From NCBI GenBank assembly GCA_029972135.1, contig CP124755.1, positions 2,351,991-2,415,990 of the forward strand: 64,000 bases of DNA, in the 5' to 3' direction. This DNA comes from Candidatus Thiocaldithrix dubininis (GTDB taxonomy: Bacteria > Pseudomonadota > Gammaproteobacteria > Thiotrichales > Thiotrichaceae). Below the pieces are notes generated by a model. The model worked only from the letters and a program-made list of their open reading frames with translations, did no database searches and had not been told where the DNA came from. Numbering within the stretch: the stretch's first letter is position 1; each line of letters starts with the position of its first letter. The position numbers and the translations under genes are program-made. Positions 52,365-64,000 of this stretch are shown here, one piece after another.

Positions 52365-53614
52365 TAGCGGTCAATCTCCCCGAATACAATATCTTGAGTA
52401 CCGATAATCGCCACCACGTCTGCCAACATATGACCTTTTGCCATTTCATCCATTGCAGATAAATGTGCAAAACCCGGCGCACGTATTTTCAAACGATACG
52501 GTTTATTTGCACCATCAGACACGATATAACAACCGAACTCACCCTTGGGATGCTCGACTGCACCGTAGGCTTCCCCTACTGGCAAGCAATAGCCTTCTGT
52601 CATCAACTTAAAGTGTTGAATCAAGGATTCCATATCGTGCTTCATGTTAGTACGTTTAGGGGGTGCAATCTTGTCATCAATCATGACAGGTCCCGGATTT
52701 TTCCTTAACCAATCAATACATTGTTTAATGATATGATTGGATTGGCGCATTTCCTCAACCCGTACTAAATAACGGTCGTAGCTATCGCCGGTTTTGCCAA
52801 CTGGAATATCGAAATCGACCAAATCGTAAGCGGCATACGGCTGCTTTTTACGCAAATCCCATTCAATACCAGAACCGCGTAACATAGGGCCGGTTAAACC
52901 CAATTGCAGCGCCCGCTCAGGCGTCACTACACCGATACCGACTAAACGCTGTTTCCAAATACGGTTATCGGTTAATAAGGTTTCGTACTCGTCCACATGT
53001 TTAGGGAAACGATTGGTGAAATCTTCCAAGAAATCTAAGACAGAACCTTGGCGATTTTCATTTAAACGTTTGGCTTCTTTGGCAGAACGGTAACGCGTTA
53101 CGTCATATTGTGGCATGGAATCCGGCAAATCCCGATAGACCCCACCCGGTCGATAATAAGCCGCATGCATACGTGCGCCTGATACAGCCTCGTATACATC
53201 CATCAAATCTTCACGTTCGCGGAAGGCATAAATAAACATGGTCATCGCGCCCACGTCTAAACCATGCGCCCCAATCCACAATAAGTGGTTTAGAATACGA
53301 GTCACTTCGTCGAACATGGTACGAATATACAACGCACGAATGGGCGGTGTAATCCCCAGCAATTTTTCAATCGCCAGAATATAACCATGTTCATTACACA
53401 TCATGGATACATAATCCAAGCGATCCATATAACCAATGCTTTGATTATAAGGTTTGCTCTCGGCTAACTTTTCTGTACCACGATGTAATAAACCAATATG
53501 CGGGTCGGCACGTACAATCACTTCGCCATCCATCTCTAACACCAAGCGCAATACACCATGCGCAGCCGGGTGAGCAGGACCGAAGTTCAGCGTAAAGTTG
53601 CGAATTTCAGGCAT
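52364..53614 (-). CDS. nuoD: NADH-quinone oxidoreductase subunit D
   Basis: 416 aa with [15 protein letters not shown]. It is separate from nuoC (not fused). Confidence 0.96.
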   Translation of the reverse strand: MPEIRNFTLNFGPAHPAAHGVLRLVLEMDGEVIVRADPHIGLLHRGTEKLAESKPYNQSIGYMDRLDYVSMMCNEHGYILAIEKLLGITPPIRALYIRTMFDEVTRILNHLLWIGAHGLDVGAMTMFIYAFREREDLMDVYEAVSGARMHAAYYRPGGVYRDLPDSMPQYDVTRYRSAKEAKRLNENRQGSVLDFLEDFTNRFPKHVDEYETLLTDNRIWKQRLVGIGVVTPERALQLGLTGPMLRGSGIEWDLRKKQPYAAYDLVDFDIPVGKTGDSYDRYLVRVEEMRQSNHIIKQCIDWLRKNPGPVMIDDKIAPPKRTNMKHDMESLIQHFKLMTEGYCLPVGEAYGAVEHPKGEFGCYIVSDGANKPYRLKIRAPGFAHLSAMDEMAKGHMLADVVAIIGTQDIVFGEIDR

Positions 53615-54327
53615 TAGTTATGTTGCTCCTCTATTTCACCATCACGAATAACGCGTGGCACTAGCACTCGAGGATCAATCGACACAGGTTCATATACGAC
53701 ACGCTTCATTTCCGCGTCATAGCGCATTTCAACCTGACCAATTAATGGGAAATCTTTGCGGAAGGGGTGACCTACGAAACCGTAGTCCGTCAGGAGACGG
53801 CGTAAATCAGGATGTCCGGTAAATAAGATACCAAACAGGTCAAAAGCTTCACGCTCATACCAGTTAACGGAGTTCCAAACGTCAATTAAGGATGGTACAA
53901 CGGGTAAAGTATTATCTTCACACCAAGTACGAATCCGTACACGGAAGTTATGTTGCACAGAAATTAGGTGCGCAACCACCGCGTAACGTTTGCCTTTAAC
54001 ATCTGGTTCAGCCGGTTTATCGCCGAAATCAAATAAATCGACTGGCTGGTCTTGTTGAACAGCCCGACTAAAACCACTGCGGCTAGCGGTGGTAACATCC
54101 CATTCAGCATCGCCAAAAGTAAGATAATCGACCCCACACAAGTCGATTAATTGTTCACAAGCTAATTGATCATCGTGCCGTAAAAAACGCGCTACTTCTA
54201 ACCATTGATTAGCGGGAATATCTAATGTCAGTTCGCCGAATTCATATTTAACCGCCGTCAACTTATCGGCTAAAGCGGTTTGCACATAATCGCGAATTTG
54301 TTCAAGTTTTTCTGCCATAATGCTCAC
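53614..54327 (-). CDS. nuoC: NADH-quinone oxidoreductase subunit C
   Basis: About 235 aa with [15 protein letters not shown]. The start is either GTG 54327 (GTGA overlap with nuoB) or ATG 54318. Confidence 0.92.
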   Translation of the reverse strand: MSIMAEKLEQIRDYVQTALADKLTAVKYEFGELTLDIPANQWLEVARFLRHDDQLACEQLIDLCGVDYLTFGDAEWDVTTASRSGFSRAVQQDQPVDLFDFGDKPAEPDVKGKRYAVVAHLISVQHNFRVRIRTWCEDNTLPVVPSLIDVWNSVNWYEREAFDLFGILFTGHPDLRRLLTDYGFVGHPFRKDFPLIGQVEMRYDAEMKRVVYEPVSIDPRVLVPRVIRDGEIEEQHN

Positions 54328-54800
54328 CGTGCAATGGTATTAGTGCGGCGAATCTTATTCTGCAATTGCAGAATGCCATACAGCAATGCTTCTGCTGTAG
54401 GTGGGCAACCGGGCACATAAATATCGACTGGTACAACGCGGTCACAACCCCGCACCACTGCATAAGAATAGTGATAATAACCACCACCGTTTGCACATGA
54501 TCCCATCGAAATCACCCAACGCGGTTCAGCCATTTGGTCATAAACTTTGCGTAAAGCGGGGGCCATTTTATTGGTTAATGTTCCGGCAACGATCATGACA
54601 TCTGATTGGCGCGGGCTGGGACGAAAGATAATCCCAAAACGGTCTAAGTCATACCGTGCCGCACCGGCGTGCATCATCTCCACCGCGCAACAGGCTAAAC
54701 CGAAAGTCATCGGCCACATAGAACCCGTGCGTGCCCAGTTAATTAACTTATCAGCGGTCGTGGTGACAAAGCCTTTTTCTAGAATGCCTTCTATTCCCAT
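54324..54800 (-). CDS. nuoB: NADH-quinone oxidoreductase subunit B
   Basis: Contains [10 protein letters not shown] and PGCPP. The start was chosen at MGIEGIL with an aaggag RBS inside the nuoA 3' end. Confidence 0.94.
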   Translation of the reverse strand: MGIEGILEKGFVTTTADKLINWARTGSMWPMTFGLACCAVEMMHAGAARYDLDRFGIIFRPSPRQSDVMIVAGTLTNKMAPALRKVYDQMAEPRWVISMGSCANGGGYYHYSYAVVRGCDRVVPVDIYVPGCPPTAEALLYGILQLQNKIRRTNTIAR

Positions 54801-55147
54801 TCCAGTGCTCCTTTCTTCCACTCATAGATAAAACCGACAATTAAGATGCTTAAGAAAATACCCATCGCAACGATGCCAAAAACGCCGATTTTGTCCAAGA
54901 CAATTGCCCACGGAAACAAAAATGCGATTTCTAAATCGAAGATGATAAACAAAATAGCGACGAGGTAATAACGAACATCGAAGTTCATCCGCGCATCTTC
55001 AAATGCTTCAAAACCACATTCAAACGGCGAATCTTTTTCGGCATCAGGTCGGCGTGGTCCGGCTAACAGACCCAGTCCTAATAGAACAATGGCGAGCGCA
55101 AGACCTACTGCTAAAAAGATGAGAATGGGTAAGTATTCTCCAAGCAT
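54791..55147 (-). CDS. nuoA: NADH-quinone oxidoreductase subunit A
   Basis: 118 aa with three TM helices and FECGFE. It is the first gene of the operon. Confidence 0.93.
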   Translation of the reverse strand: MLGEYLPILIFLAVGLALAIVLLGLGLLAGPRRPDAEKDSPFECGFEAFEDARMNFDVRYYLVAILFIIFDLEIAFLFPWAIVLDKIGVFGIVAMGIFLSILIVGFIYEWKKGALEWE

Positions 55148-55374
55148 GCTAACTCCTGACTTATAACAGCTTGCTACATTAGCGTAGCGACTATTATTTT
55201 GGGTAGAGATGTAAAAATTTGTATGTGTTTACATCAAGATTTCAGTAAAAACTGAATATAGATGGATTTAGCCAGCAAAAATATTGCCCACTTGGCTAAG
55301 GACAAGATTTTAGCATAAACCCATAGGTAATGCAGACTTACTATGTGTGAATAAGCCCTGTACATTACCTGAAA

Positions 55375-55437
55375 AATTGTCGACATTGTATGCTTATATT
55401 GCGAATTGTCAAACTGAAAACCTATGAATTGTCGACA
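55375..55437. promoter_or_regulatory. repeated AATTGTCGACA palindromic motif upstream of nuoA (candidate operator)
   Basis: Exact aattgtcgaca occurs at 55375-55385 and 55427-55437, with a degenerate aattgtcaaac at 55404-55414. The core TGTCGACA is palindromic. Confidence 0.35.
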
Positions 55438-55472
55438 ATATTAACAGAAAGCAAGTTATTGGATTTAAAAAT

Positions 55473-55508
55473 AAAAAAGCCTGTTTGAATTACTTCAAAC
55501 AGGCTTTT
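55473..55508 (-). terminator. rho-independent terminator after tRNA-Leu
   Basis: An 11-bp stem gcctgtttgaa / ttcaaacaggc is followed by a U-tract on the minus strand. Confidence 0.8.
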
Positions 55509-55512
55509 AAGT

Positions 55513-55597
55513 TGGTACCGACGGCCGGACTCGAACCGGCACAGCTTGCGCCACTACCACCTCAAGGTAGCGTGTCTACCAATTCCACCACGACGGC
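55513..55597 (-). tRNA. leuU: tRNA-Leu (GAG)
   Basis: 85 nt with a long variable arm, close by eye to E. coli leuU (GCCG..GGTGGTGGAATTGGTAGACACGCTACCTTGAGGTGGTAG). CCA is encoded. It lies downstream of secG as in E. coli. Confidence 0.93.
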
Positions 55598-55624
55598 AAA
55601 AATCAGGAGGCAGATTCTAACCAA

Positions 55625-56113
55625 TTATTTAGAACTCTGCACGGGTTTTTCAGCAGTTTCCGCAGGATTTTGTGTAGGTGCAGCAGGTTGGGCTGTATTA
55701 GCAGGTGCAGCCGGTACTTCACTCACTTTCACATCAACCGCAGGCGGTACAACAGCGTCCACGGGCTTAGCCTCTTTACTGGCTGGCAAACTAGGTACAT
55801 CGCTAGTTTGTACCACAGGTTTGCTGTCTGCCGCAGGTGCTGACTTTACAGAATCCATAACACTTATTGATTGAACAGTACGCCCCGACGCAAGAAATGC
55901 CAACGCTATTGAATTCAGGAAAAATACCGTTGCCAAAATAGCGGTGGTTCGGCTTAAGAAGTTCGCTGAACCTCGTGAACCAAAGACCGTTCCCGATGCG
56001 CCACTACCAAACGCCGCACCTGCATCTGCGCCCTTACCTTGCTGCATTAATACCAGCACAATAATGCCAGCAGAAACAACGATTTGAACAATCAATAAAA
56101 TATTGTATAACAT
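55625..56113 (-). CDS. secG: preprotein translocase subunit SecG with an Ala/Pro/Val-rich C-terminal extension
   Basis: N-terminal MLYNILLIVQIVVSAGIIVLVLMQQGKGADAGAAFGSGASGTVFGSRGSANFL is typical of SecG. A low-complexity tail of about 60 aa follows. Confidence 0.9.
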   Translation of the reverse strand: MLYNILLIVQIVVSAGIIVLVLMQQGKGADAGAAFGSGASGTVFGSRGSANFLSRTTAILATVFFLNSIALAFLASGRTVQSISVMDSVKSAPAADSKPVVQTSDVPSLPASKEAKPVDAVVPPAVDVKVSEVPAAPANTAQPAAPTQNPAETAEKPVQSSK

Positions 56114-56128
56114 GTTTTCTTATTAACC

Positions 56129-56881
56129 TTAATTTCCGGCACGACAAATAGCCAAAAATTCTTGCGCATCTAACGATGCACCACCAATTAGACCACCATC
56201 AATATCCGGCATTGCAAATAATTCAGCGGCATTAGAACCTTTTACACTACCGCCATATAAAATCTGAACCTTTTCAGCTACAGCACTATTAAGTGCTGCA
56301 AGTTTAGCACGAATAAAGGCATGTACCGCTTGTGCTTGTTCAGGACTTGCGGTTTTACCTGTCCCAATCGCCCAGACAGGCTCATAGGCAATTACAGCCT
56401 CAGTTAAGGCTTCGATGCCTTCCAATTCAATCACTGCATCCAATTGACAGGCGACGACTTGCTCGGTAATACCCTGCTCACGCTCCTCTAGGCTTTCACC
56501 CACGCATAAAATCGGTATCAAACCTTGTGTACGCGCTGCCGCAAATTTACGAGCAGTATCTGCGTCTTTTTCACCGAATAACGCACGCCGTTCAGAATGC
56601 CCCACAATCACATACTGACAAGCAAATTCTTTCAACATTGGTGCGGATACTTCACCCGTAAACGCCCCTTGCATTTGCTCAGCGACATCTTGCGCACCTA
56701 ATTTAATTGCAGTATTCGCAATTAATGTTTCCACCATTGGGATATACACATACGGTGGGCACACTGCTACAGCAACTTGGTTTAAGCCATCCATACCCGC
56801 CACAATATTCTGCATCAGTGCTTGAATACTGTCACGCGTGCCATTTAACTTCCAGTTGCCCGCCACTAATTTAGATCGCAT
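56129..56881 (-). CDS. tpiA: triosephosphate isomerase
   Basis: 250 aa with AGNWKLNG, VGHSERR and AYEPVWAIGTG. Confidence 0.96.
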   Translation of the reverse strand: MRSKLVAGNWKLNGTRDSIQALMQNIVAGMDGLNQVAVAVCPPYVYIPMVETLIANTAIKLGAQDVAEQMQGAFTGEVSAPMLKEFACQYVIVGHSERRALFGEKDADTARKFAAARTQGLIPILCVGESLEEREQGITEQVVACQLDAVIELEGIEALTEAVIAYEPVWAIGTGKTASPEQAQAVHAFIRAKLAALNSAVAEKVQILYGGSVKGSNAAELFAMPDIDGGLIGGASLDAQEFLAICRAGN

Positions 56882-56949
56882 GTTTCCGTCCTCCTCAAAG
56901 CAAGAGGCGAAAGATTACCTGTATAGTATAGTGAAATCAATTGTCTCGT

Positions 56950-58284
56950 TTAGGCAGCTTTACGGACTGCCTCGGCAATCAACTCCGCTAGTGATTGGGT
57001 TTCCTGTGTATCTTCACCTTCGACCATTACCCGAATCAGTGGTTCAGTACCTGAAGCACGTAAGAGTACTCGCCCCCGATTGCCTAACACTTGTTCCACT
57101 TGCTGTACTGCTGTTTGAATTTCTATAGATTCATCTAAATTAATTTTTTGGCGAGTCGGTACATTAATCAAAGTTTGGGGAAACTTGGTCATAAACTGTT
57201 TCAGTTCGTGCAAGGTTTTGCCACTACCACGCATGGCTTTGAGCACCTGTAGCGCGGCAATAATGCCATCACCCGTAGCGATGTGTTCCTTCACAATAAT
57301 ATGCCCAGACGATTCGCCGCCAATGCAACAGCCATGTTGATTCATTTGCTCAATCACGTAACGGTCACCTACCTTAGCGCGATAAAATTTCACGCCTAAA
57401 CGCTCTACCGCCTGCTGTAAGCCTAAATTACTCATGAGCGTGCCCACAACACCGCCTTGTAAACAACCATCGTGATGCCGATCATAGGCAATAATGCCTA
57501 ACAATTCATCACCATCCACATTTTGACCTTTATGGTCTACCATAATCAGGCGATCACCATCCCCATCTAAGGCAATACCTAGATCAGCACGATAGGTTAA
57601 AACCGCCGATTGTAAATTCTCAACGTGCGTCGCACCGTAACCATCATTAATATTTAAACCATCGGGCTGATTGCCAATCGCAATCACTTCAGCGCCTAAT
57701 TCTTTAAATACATCAGGCGCAACGTGATAGGTTGCACCATGTGCGCAATCTACAACTACCCGCAAACCTTTTAAAGACACGTCATTAGGCAATGCCCGTT
57801 TACAGAATTCGATATAACGCCCAGCGGCATCTTTAGCACGTTCTACCTTACCTAGCTGTTCTGAGGGCACGGTTTTAATATCTTTCTCAAGCCACTCTTC
57901 AATTTCATGCTCTATATCATCAGGTAACTTAGTGCCATTGGCAGAAAAAAACTTAACGCCATTATCATGATAAGGATTATGTGAGGCACTAATGACAATG
58001 CCTGCGGAGGCACGAAAAGCACGGGTTAAATAAGCGACTGCGGGGGTAGGCATAGGACCTAATAAACGAATATCCACCCCAGCGGCAACTAAACCAGCTT
58101 GTAACGCAGCCTCCAACATATAACCCGAAATCCGGGTATCTTTGCCAATTACCACTAAAGGGTGACCGTTTTTGGTTAACACTTTACCGGCTGCCCAACC
58201 TAATTTTAAAACGAAATCCGGCGTCATCGGATAACGCCCAATTTTGCCGCGAATGCCATCCGTACCAAAATATTTTCGAGTCAT
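56950..58284 (-). CDS. glmM: phosphoglucosamine mutase
   Basis: 444 aa with [21 protein letters not shown] and DGDGDR. Confidence 0.96.
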   Translation of the reverse strand: MTRKYFGTDGIRGKIGRYPMTPDFVLKLGWAAGKVLTKNGHPLVVIGKDTRISGYMLEAALQAGLVAAGVDIRLLGPMPTPAVAYLTRAFRASAGIVISASHNPYHDNGVKFFSANGTKLPDDIEHEIEEWLEKDIKTVPSEQLGKVERAKDAAGRYIEFCKRALPNDVSLKGLRVVVDCAHGATYHVAPDVFKELGAEVIAIGNQPDGLNINDGYGATHVENLQSAVLTYRADLGIALDGDGDRLIMVDHKGQNVDGDELLGIIAYDRHHDGCLQGGVVGTLMSNLGLQQAVERLGVKFYRAKVGDRYVIEQMNQHGCCIGGESSGHIIVKEHIATGDGIIAALQVLKAMRGSGKTLHELKQFMTKFPQTLINVPTRQKINLDESIEIQTAVQQVEQVLGNRGRVLLRASGTEPLIRVMVEGEDTQETQSLAELIAEAVRKAA

Positions 58285-58305
58285 TGTTTTGATCCACTAA
58301 AACGA

Positions 58306-59118
58306 TTATGCCTGTAACGCCTGTTTAAATGTATTTAAGGCCGTTACGGTTTGTTTAACATTATGTACGCGCAGAATCCGAGCGCCCTGATAAATAGACA
58401 ATAAACCGACTAAGGCGCTGGCTTCGTCGCGCTGATCAGCTTTGACGTTAGCGCTTAATTGCCCAATCATAGATTTACGTGAAACCCCAACCAATAATGG
58501 CAAGCCCAAACGATTTAATACATTTAAATTCAACAATAAGTCTAGATTATGATTTAAGTTTTTGCCAAACCCAAATCCCGGATCTAATAGTAACCGCTCT
58601 GGCTGAATGCCTGCTTGCACACAAGCCTTAATTCGCGCTTGAAAAAATTGCTCAACGTCCGTTATTACATTCGTATAACTGGGTTGCTGTTGCATAGTAC
58701 GAGGCAAACCTTGCATATGCATTAGGCAAATGGGCACATCTAATGCCGCACATACTGCTAGAGCATCCGGTTCTTGCAACGCCCGCACATCATTAATTAA
58801 GGCAACGCCCGCTTGTACCGCTGCTTGCATAACTGCTGGCTTACTGCTGTCAATCGACAAGGGAATGTCTATACGCTGTTGTATAGCTTCAATAAGCGGA
58901 ATAACCCGCTCTAATTCTTGTGCAAGGCTAACAGCGGCAGCGCCCGGGCGAGTGGACTCACCACCAATATCAATAATACTAACACCATCTGCCACCATTT
59001 GTTCAGCATGTCGTAGCGCTTTATCTAATTGATTAAATTGCCCACCGTCTGAAAATGAATCAGGCGTTGCATTTAAAATCCCCATTATTTGTATATCGTG
59101 TTGATAAGCTTGCCACAT
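58306..59118 (-). CDS. folP: dihydropteroate synthase
   Basis: Contains IMGILNATPDSFSDGG and DIGGESTRPG. The start was set at ATG 59118 (ggag RBS), because the upstream TTG lies inside the ftsH terminator loop. Confidence 0.92.
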   Translation of the reverse strand: MWQAYQHDIQIMGILNATPDSFSDGGQFNQLDKALRHAEQMVADGVSIIDIGGESTRPGAAAVSLAQELERVIPLIEAIQQRIDIPLSIDSSKPAVMQAAVQAGVALINDVRALQEPDALAVCAALDVPICLMHMQGLPRTMQQQPSYTNVITDVEQFFQARIKACVQAGIQPERLLLDPGFGFGKNLNHNLDLLLNLNVLNRLGLPLLVGVSRKSMIGQLSANVKADQRDEASALVGLLSIYQGARILRVHNVKQTVTALNTFKQALQA

Positions 59119-59130
59119 AACATTAGCTCC

Positions 59131-59168
59131 AATAAAAAAGGCGCGCTGAGTGTGGCTCAACGCGCCTT
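59131..59168 (-). terminator. rho-independent terminator/attenuator after ftsH
   Basis: An 8-bp GC-rich stem aaggcgcg ... cgcgcctt is followed by a U-tract on the minus strand. Confidence 0.65.
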
Positions 59169-59189
59169 CGGTTTACTTAGTGCAACGAG

Positions 59190-61127
59190 TTAGTGAGAAC
59201 CCGCCGGATCAGTCATAACAGGTTTGTCGGTATTAGATGGTTTAGCATCTACATTACGCGAACGACTGTTATTGCCCTTACCGTTAGAAGAATCATCATC
59301 TGTCCAATCGGCTGGCGGTGGCGGTTCTTCACCGCGCATTAAGGCATCAACTTGCGCTTTATCAATGGTTTCATATTTCATCAGGGCTTGCGCCATCGCA
59401 TGCAATACTGACATTTTTTCAGTCAAAATCGCTTTTGCACGCTGATAGTTGCGGTCAATCACTTCACGAATTTCACCATCAATCGCATGCGCCGTTTCAT
59501 CCGACATATGTTTATGTTGGGTAACGGAACGACCTAAGAATACTTCGCCTTCATCTTCAGAATAAGCAAGCGGTCCCATACGGTTGGATAAGCCCCATTT
59601 GGTGACCATGCTACGCGCAATATTGGTCGCGCGTTCAATATCGTTAGATGCACCCGTCGTAACGCCTTCCATGCCATAAATCAGCTCTTCTGCAATACGA
59701 CCACCGTATAAGCTAGAGATTTGGCTTTCTAAGCGTTGTTTAGAAGCACTGTAACGATCTTCTTCCGGCAAATACATGGTGACACCTAAGGCGCGCCCAC
59801 GTGGAATGATACTGACTTTATAAACCGGATCATGTTCGGGCACGCTTAAACCCACAATCGCATGACCGGCCTCATGGTAAGCGGTCGCGAGTTTTTCTTC
59901 CTCTTTCATCACCATTGATTTGCGCTCAGCGCCCATCATGATTTTGTCTTTGGCCTTCTCAAACTCAATCATATCAACGGTACGTTTATTGGAACGTGCC
60001 GCAAATAAAGCAGCTTCATTAACTAAGTTAGCTAAATCTGCGCCTGAAAAACCCGGCGTACCACGTGCAATTAAGGCTGGTTTTACATCATCGCCTAAGG
60101 GCACTTTACGCATATGTACTTTCAGAATTTGTTCACGACCACGTACATCTGGTAATGGTACGACTACCTGGCGGTCAAAACGACCGGGACGTAATAAAGC
60201 TGCATCTAATACGTCTGGACGGTTGGTAGCAGCGATGACAATAATGCCTTCTGAGCCTTCAAATCCATCCATTTCTACCAGTAATTGGTTTAAGGTTTGC
60301 TCACGTTCATCATGACCACCGCCTAAACCCGCACCCCGCTGACGACCGACCGCATCAATCTCGTCGATGAAGATAATGCAAGGGGCATGTTTTTTCGCTT
60401 GTTCAAACATATCACGTACGCGTGAAGCACCAACCCCCACGAACATTTCAACAAAGTCTGATCCGGAAATACTGAAAAACGGTACTTTCGCTTCGCCAGC
60501 AATAGCTTTGGCTAATAGGGTTTTACCTGTACCCGGCGAACCGACCATTAATACGCCGCGTGGAATTTTGCCGCCCAGCTTTTGGAACTTAGAAGGGTCA
60601 CGTAAGAATTCGACTAATTCAGCAACTTCTTCCTTAGCTTCATCACAACCTGCCACATCGTTAAAGTTCACTTTAACTTGGTCTTCGGTCATCATACGGG
60701 CGCGACTTTTGCCAAACGACATCGCCCCACGTCCACCGCCGCCGCCTTGCATTTGGCGCATGATATAAATCCATAGACCAATAATAATGAGGAACGGCGC
60801 CCAGTTAATGACTAAATCCAGTAATAAAGAGCGTTCTTCAGGCGGTGCAGCCTGAAACTTAACGTTATATTTATTGAGATCGTCCACTAATTTAGGATCA
60901 TTAGGTGGACTGTAGGTTACAAATTTTTCACCAGTGGTGGTAGTGCCGCTGATTTTTTGCCCCCGAATCTCCACATCCTTAATAGAACTACTGTGTACAC
61001 GATTTAAGAAATCGGAATACGGCATCGCTGCTGAATTTGGCGATGAGGCACTGAATTTGCTAAACACCGCAACTAATACTAATGCAATGAAAGCCCAAAT
61101 CAGCAAATTTTTGGTTAAATCGTTCAA
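59190..61127 (-). CDS. ftsH: ATP-dependent zinc metalloprotease FtsH
   Basis: 645 aa with [22 protein letters not shown] and the zinc site HEAGHA. Confidence 0.97.
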   Translation of the reverse strand: MNDLTKNLLIWAFIALVLVAVFSKFSASSPNSAAMPYSDFLNRVHSSSIKDVEIRGQKISGTTTTGEKFVTYSPPNDPKLVDDLNKYNVKFQAAPPEERSLLLDLVINWAPFLIIIGLWIYIMRQMQGGGGGRGAMSFGKSRARMMTEDQVKVNFNDVAGCDEAKEEVAELVEFLRDPSKFQKLGGKIPRGVLMVGSPGTGKTLLAKAIAGEAKVPFFSISGSDFVEMFVGVGASRVRDMFEQAKKHAPCIIFIDEIDAVGRQRGAGLGGGHDEREQTLNQLLVEMDGFEGSEGIIVIAATNRPDVLDAALLRPGRFDRQVVVPLPDVRGREQILKVHMRKVPLGDDVKPALIARGTPGFSGADLANLVNEAALFAARSNKRTVDMIEFEKAKDKIMMGAERKSMVMKEEEKLATAYHEAGHAIVGLSVPEHDPVYKVSIIPRGRALGVTMYLPEEDRYSASKQRLESQISSLYGGRIAEELIYGMEGVTTGASNDIERATNIARSMVTKWGLSNRMGPLAYSEDEGEVFLGRSVTQHKHMSDETAHAIDGEIREVIDRNYQRAKAILTEKMSVLHAMAQALMKYETIDKAQVDALMRGEEPPPPADWTDDDSSNGKGNNSRSRNVDAKPSNTDKPVMTDPAGSH

Positions 61128-61187
61128 ATGAACTCTCCACGTATCAATTACAAGGGCATTATGGGCATAATACCTGATGCTGAACTA

Positions 61188-61808
61188 TTACAACATAAAA
61201 CCTTGAGCAAGCACATAAACTTCTCGACTACGCGGGCGTGATGCAGCAGGTTTACGGATTTTGACCGTCTTAAAATGCTGCTTCACATCCTTTAGATAAG
61301 CTTCTGAACCTTCCCCTTGGAACAGTTTTACTAGAAAACAACCATTCGGTTTTAATACTCGCTGTGCCATATCAAGCGCAAGTTCGCACAGATGAATGGC
61401 ACGCGGTTGGTCAACAGCATCGACACCACTCATATTGGGTGCCATATCCGAAATTACAAGGTCTGCACGCTCATTTCCTAATAAATCTAAAATGGCTTGC
61501 AACACATCATCTTCACGAAAATCACCTTGCACAAACTCGACAAATGGCAGCGGGTCAATCGGTAAAATATCGCTGGCAACAATACGGCCTTTACGACCTA
61601 ATAACTCGGTTGCGTATTGACTCCAACCACCGGGCGCTGCACCTAAATCGACAATTTTCATTGCAGGTTGAATAATGCGGTCTCTATCCTGAATTTCTTT
61701 CAGTTTATAGACGGCCCGGGAGCGGTAACCTTCCTGTTGTGCTTTTTTGACATATTCATCGCTAAAATGTTCACCTAACCAACGATGACTGCTTTTGCTT
61801 CTTGCCAT
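61188..61808 (-). CDS. rlmE: 23S rRNA (uridine2552-2'-O)-methyltransferase RlmE (FtsJ)
   Basis: 206 aa with [22 protein letters not shown] and VISDMAPN. Confidence 0.95.
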   Translation of the reverse strand: MARSKSSHRWLGEHFSDEYVKKAQQEGYRSRAVYKLKEIQDRDRIIQPAMKIVDLGAAPGGWSQYATELLGRKGRIVASDILPIDPLPFVEFVQGDFREDDVLQAILDLLGNERADLVISDMAPNMSGVDAVDQPRAIHLCELALDMAQRVLKPNGCFLVKLFQGEGSEAYLKDVKQHFKTVKIRKPAASRPRSREVYVLAQGFML

Positions 61809-61854
61809 GCCTCAATCTGACTCATACACTTCACTAAATTTAGGAAAGCGTAAC

Positions 61855-62151
61855 ATGGAATTGAGCGAAGCACAGCGAAAACACTTGAAATCAATGGGGC
61901 ATGCCTTGCATCCTGTCGTTATGGTGGGTCAACACGGGCTTAAACCCACTGTACTGGAGGAAATCAGCGTTACCCTTGATTACCATCAATTAATCAAAGT
62001 AAAGCTCAGCGTGGGTGATCGTGACTTGCGCGATGAGTTAGTTGAACAAATCGTAACGTACAGCCAAGCAGATTTAATTCAACGCGTAGGGAACATTGCT
62101 TTATTATACCGACCTAATCCAGACCGACCCAACATCTTTAAAACCATATAA
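61855..62151 (+). CDS. yhbY: CRM-domain RNA-binding protein YhbY
   Basis: 98 aa with LSEAQRKHLKSMGHALHPVVMVGQHGL. It is divergent from rlmE as in E. coli. Confidence 0.88.
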   Translation: MELSEAQRKHLKSMGHALHPVVMVGQHGLKPTVLEEISVTLDYHQLIKVKLSVGDRDLRDELVEQIVTYSQADLIQRVGNIALLYRPNPDRPNIFKTI

Positions 62152-62231
62152 AGCCGCCAGCAGTGACCGTGTCCTGCTTCATTAAAGGCGTGCTACACTT
62201 TCGCCACCCTTTGTGATCAGGACACAGGTTG

Positions 62232-63515
62232 ATGACAACAGACGAAAAAACCAACCGTAAGGCGTTGACTGCGCCTACCCGACTTAATCGGGTTTCACGT
62301 TGGGAACATTTATTGCCATTACTCAGCCGCATTTTAGTGTGGGGTATTATTTTTGGCGTAATTGCCTTATTAAGCGCTTTTTTCCCGCTTATGTTTTTGA
62401 CCTTCGTATTTGCCTATTTACAAGCCAGTGTTGTCGACCGCTTATTGCGTTACTTCCCCAACAGTCGCACCTTACTAGTGGTTATAAATGGCATTTTGTT
62501 CTTAGCATTAGTCATTGGCACAACCATTTTCTTAGCGCCACAGGTTTATCAACAAGCAGCGGGCTTTGCTAAGGGTTTTTCAACCTATGTGCAACGAATT
62601 GACAAAGAAATTATAACCTTAAGTGAGCGCTACCCTGTGTTACAGGAAGCGTTACCCGAACTTAAGAAAAAAACAGAGGAAAAACCTGCGCCAATTACCG
62701 TAGACACCTTAAACTGGTCAGGCATGAACCCGGTGACTCCACCGAATCCCGAACCGCCTAGCGCTTGGTCATTTAAAGAATCACCTACTGGCAAAATTAT
62801 CGGCATGTTAACCCGTCCGACTGACCCTAATGCTGTTGACAAAGACCCGGTACGTTCTTATCTCGATCAATTGGCTAATATTAGTGGCAAGGCATTTTCG
62901 GTGGTTTCTACCTTTTTCCTTGCCTTCCTGTTCTCATTTCTAATTGTCTTAGACTTGCCACATTTAACCGCCAGTGTGAGGGATTTAGAAAATACGCGTT
63001 TACGCTTCATATACGTGGAAGTTGCCGATAATGTCTATCAATTTGGCAAAGTATTAGGTAGCACGATGGAAGCACAATTCTATATTGCTATGGTCAATAC
63101 GTTACTAACCGCGATTGGTTTATACATGCTGGGCTTAGGCGAACACATTGCCTTCTTGTCAGTGATTGTATTTCTATGCAGCTTTATTCCGGTGGCGGGC
63201 GTTTTCATTAGCTCTATTCCCATCTGTTTAATTGCTTTAAGCATTGGCGGCACGCAATTAATGTTAGCGTCTATTCTAATGATTGTGGTCATTCATATCA
63301 TTGAAGGCTACATTCTTAACCCCTTGATTTATGGGGCGCGTTTGCGAATTAATCCGGTTATTGTGCTCATTATTCTAACGATTAGTGGCAAATTATTTCA
63401 CTTATGGGGATTAATTTTAGGTGTACCAATTTGTACGTATATCTTCGGGCATGCTATCCGCTATGAAAAAAGTGAAGGGCGTCGCTTAGGTTTATTTAAA
63501 AAACGTACACATTAA
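62232..63515 (+). CDS. AI-2E family transporter (PerM/YhhT-like permease) with a large central loop
   Basis: About 427 aa, polytopic. The C-terminal pattern GLILGVPICTYIF is typical. A hydrophilic Pro-rich insert of roughly 90 aa lies in the middle. Confidence 0.75.
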   Translation: MTTDEKTNRKALTAPTRLNRVSRWEHLLPLLSRILVWGIIFGVIALLSAFFPLMFLTFVFAYLQASVVDRLLRYFPNSRTLLVVINGILFLALVIGTTIFLAPQVYQQAAGFAKGFSTYVQRIDKEIITLSERYPVLQEALPELKKKTEEKPAPITVDTLNWSGMNPVTPPNPEPPSAWSFKESPTGKIIGMLTRPTDPNAVDKDPVRSYLDQLANISGKAFSVVSTFFLAFLFSFLIVLDLPHLTASVRDLENTRLRFIYVEVADNVYQFGKVLGSTMEAQFYIAMVNTLLTAIGLYMLGLGEHIAFLSVIVFLCSFIPVAGVFISSIPICLIALSIGGTQLMLASILMIVVIHIIEGYILNPLIYGARLRINPVIVLIILTISGKLFHLWGLILGVPICTYIFGHAIRYEKSEGRRLGLFKKRTH

Positions 63516-63715
63516 TTGATGGTTCAGCTCTCATCGTCCTAATTTTTTAACTTAGTTTGAACCCAATGCGAGTATAGCTTGACTATACTCGTGTCAATTT
63601 TCATCACTAATTCATTATGCAAACAGTCAGCGATGAAAATGGGGTCACCTTAGCTGTAATAGCAATGGCTCAGGTTTTATTTAGTTAATAGTAAAAATGA
63701 TGAAAGGATGCAGGT

Positions 63716-64000
63716 ATGCAAAAGTATGCAGCTGAGTTTTTTGGTACGTTCTGGCTAGTCTTGGGAGGCTGCGGAAGTGCCGTATTAGCCGCCGCGTTTC
63801 CTGAGCTAGGGATTGGTTTCTTAGGCGTTTCCTTCGCTTTCGGTTTAACCGTATTAACAATGGCTTATGCTATTGGTCATATTTCCGGTTGCCATTTAAA
63901 CCCTGCCGTCTCTATCGGGCTATGGGCAGCGGGTCGGTTTGAAACCAACCAATTACTGCCTTATATCATTGCGCAAGTGTTAGGCGGTATTGTAGCAGGC
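63716..64000 (+). CDS. aqpZ: aquaporin Z, N-terminal part (runs off the window)
   Basis: Not in the ORF track because no stop is reached. [26 protein letters not shown]...[13 protein letters not shown] includes the first NPA box. An aaggatg RBS region lies upstream. Confidence 0.9.
   Translation, partial: MQKYAAEFFGTFWLVLGGCGSAVLAAAFPELGIGFLGVSFAFGLTVLTMAYAIGHISGCHLNPAVSIGLWAAGRFETNQLLPYIIAQVLGGIVAG

Noticed and set aside
55625-55860. Plus-strand ORF 55485-55874 overlapping leuU and secG
   Set aside because: It is antisense to a tRNA and to the low-complexity SecG tail, so it is an artefact.

Overview
This looks like a gammaproteobacterial chromosomal window with a chemolithoautotroph signature. 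It carries form II RuBisCO cbbM-cbbQ...cbbO with divergent cbbR. It also carries a complete 14-gene nuoA-N operon, ilvIH-ilvC, metY-rimP-nusA-infB-rbfA-truB, rlmE-ftsH-folP-glmM-tpiA-secG-leuU, argG, pgm, galU-recD and rep. There is no rRNA and no CRISPR array. The accessory content is concentrated in 3190-9588, where a chromosomal integron sits between cbbQ and cbbO, two genes that are normally adjacent. The integron consists of an IntI tyrosine recombinase with an N-terminal extension, attI, and at least 5 cassettes with recognisable attC sites. The most unusual signal is a 187-bp ORF-less, highly self-complementary element present in three base-identical copies (5322, 6304, 8637). Each copy lies exactly at the G|TT crossover point of an attC, as an independent unit between cassettes. 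It follows the cassette permutation rule, but the conserved GTT/AAC core is replaced by AAT/ATT. Its two ends also stack into one uninterrupted 27-bp helix with an internal segment. I cannot assign it to any RNA or mobile-element family I know. Cassette cargo is AT-rich and includes an N-terminal HEPN-motif protein, a three-small-ORF cassette (one DUF1508/YegP-like), an unknown 277-aa protein, an ORF-less GC-rich cassette and a decayed toxin-antitoxin cassette. All calls come from reading the sequence and the ORF track; no searches were run.
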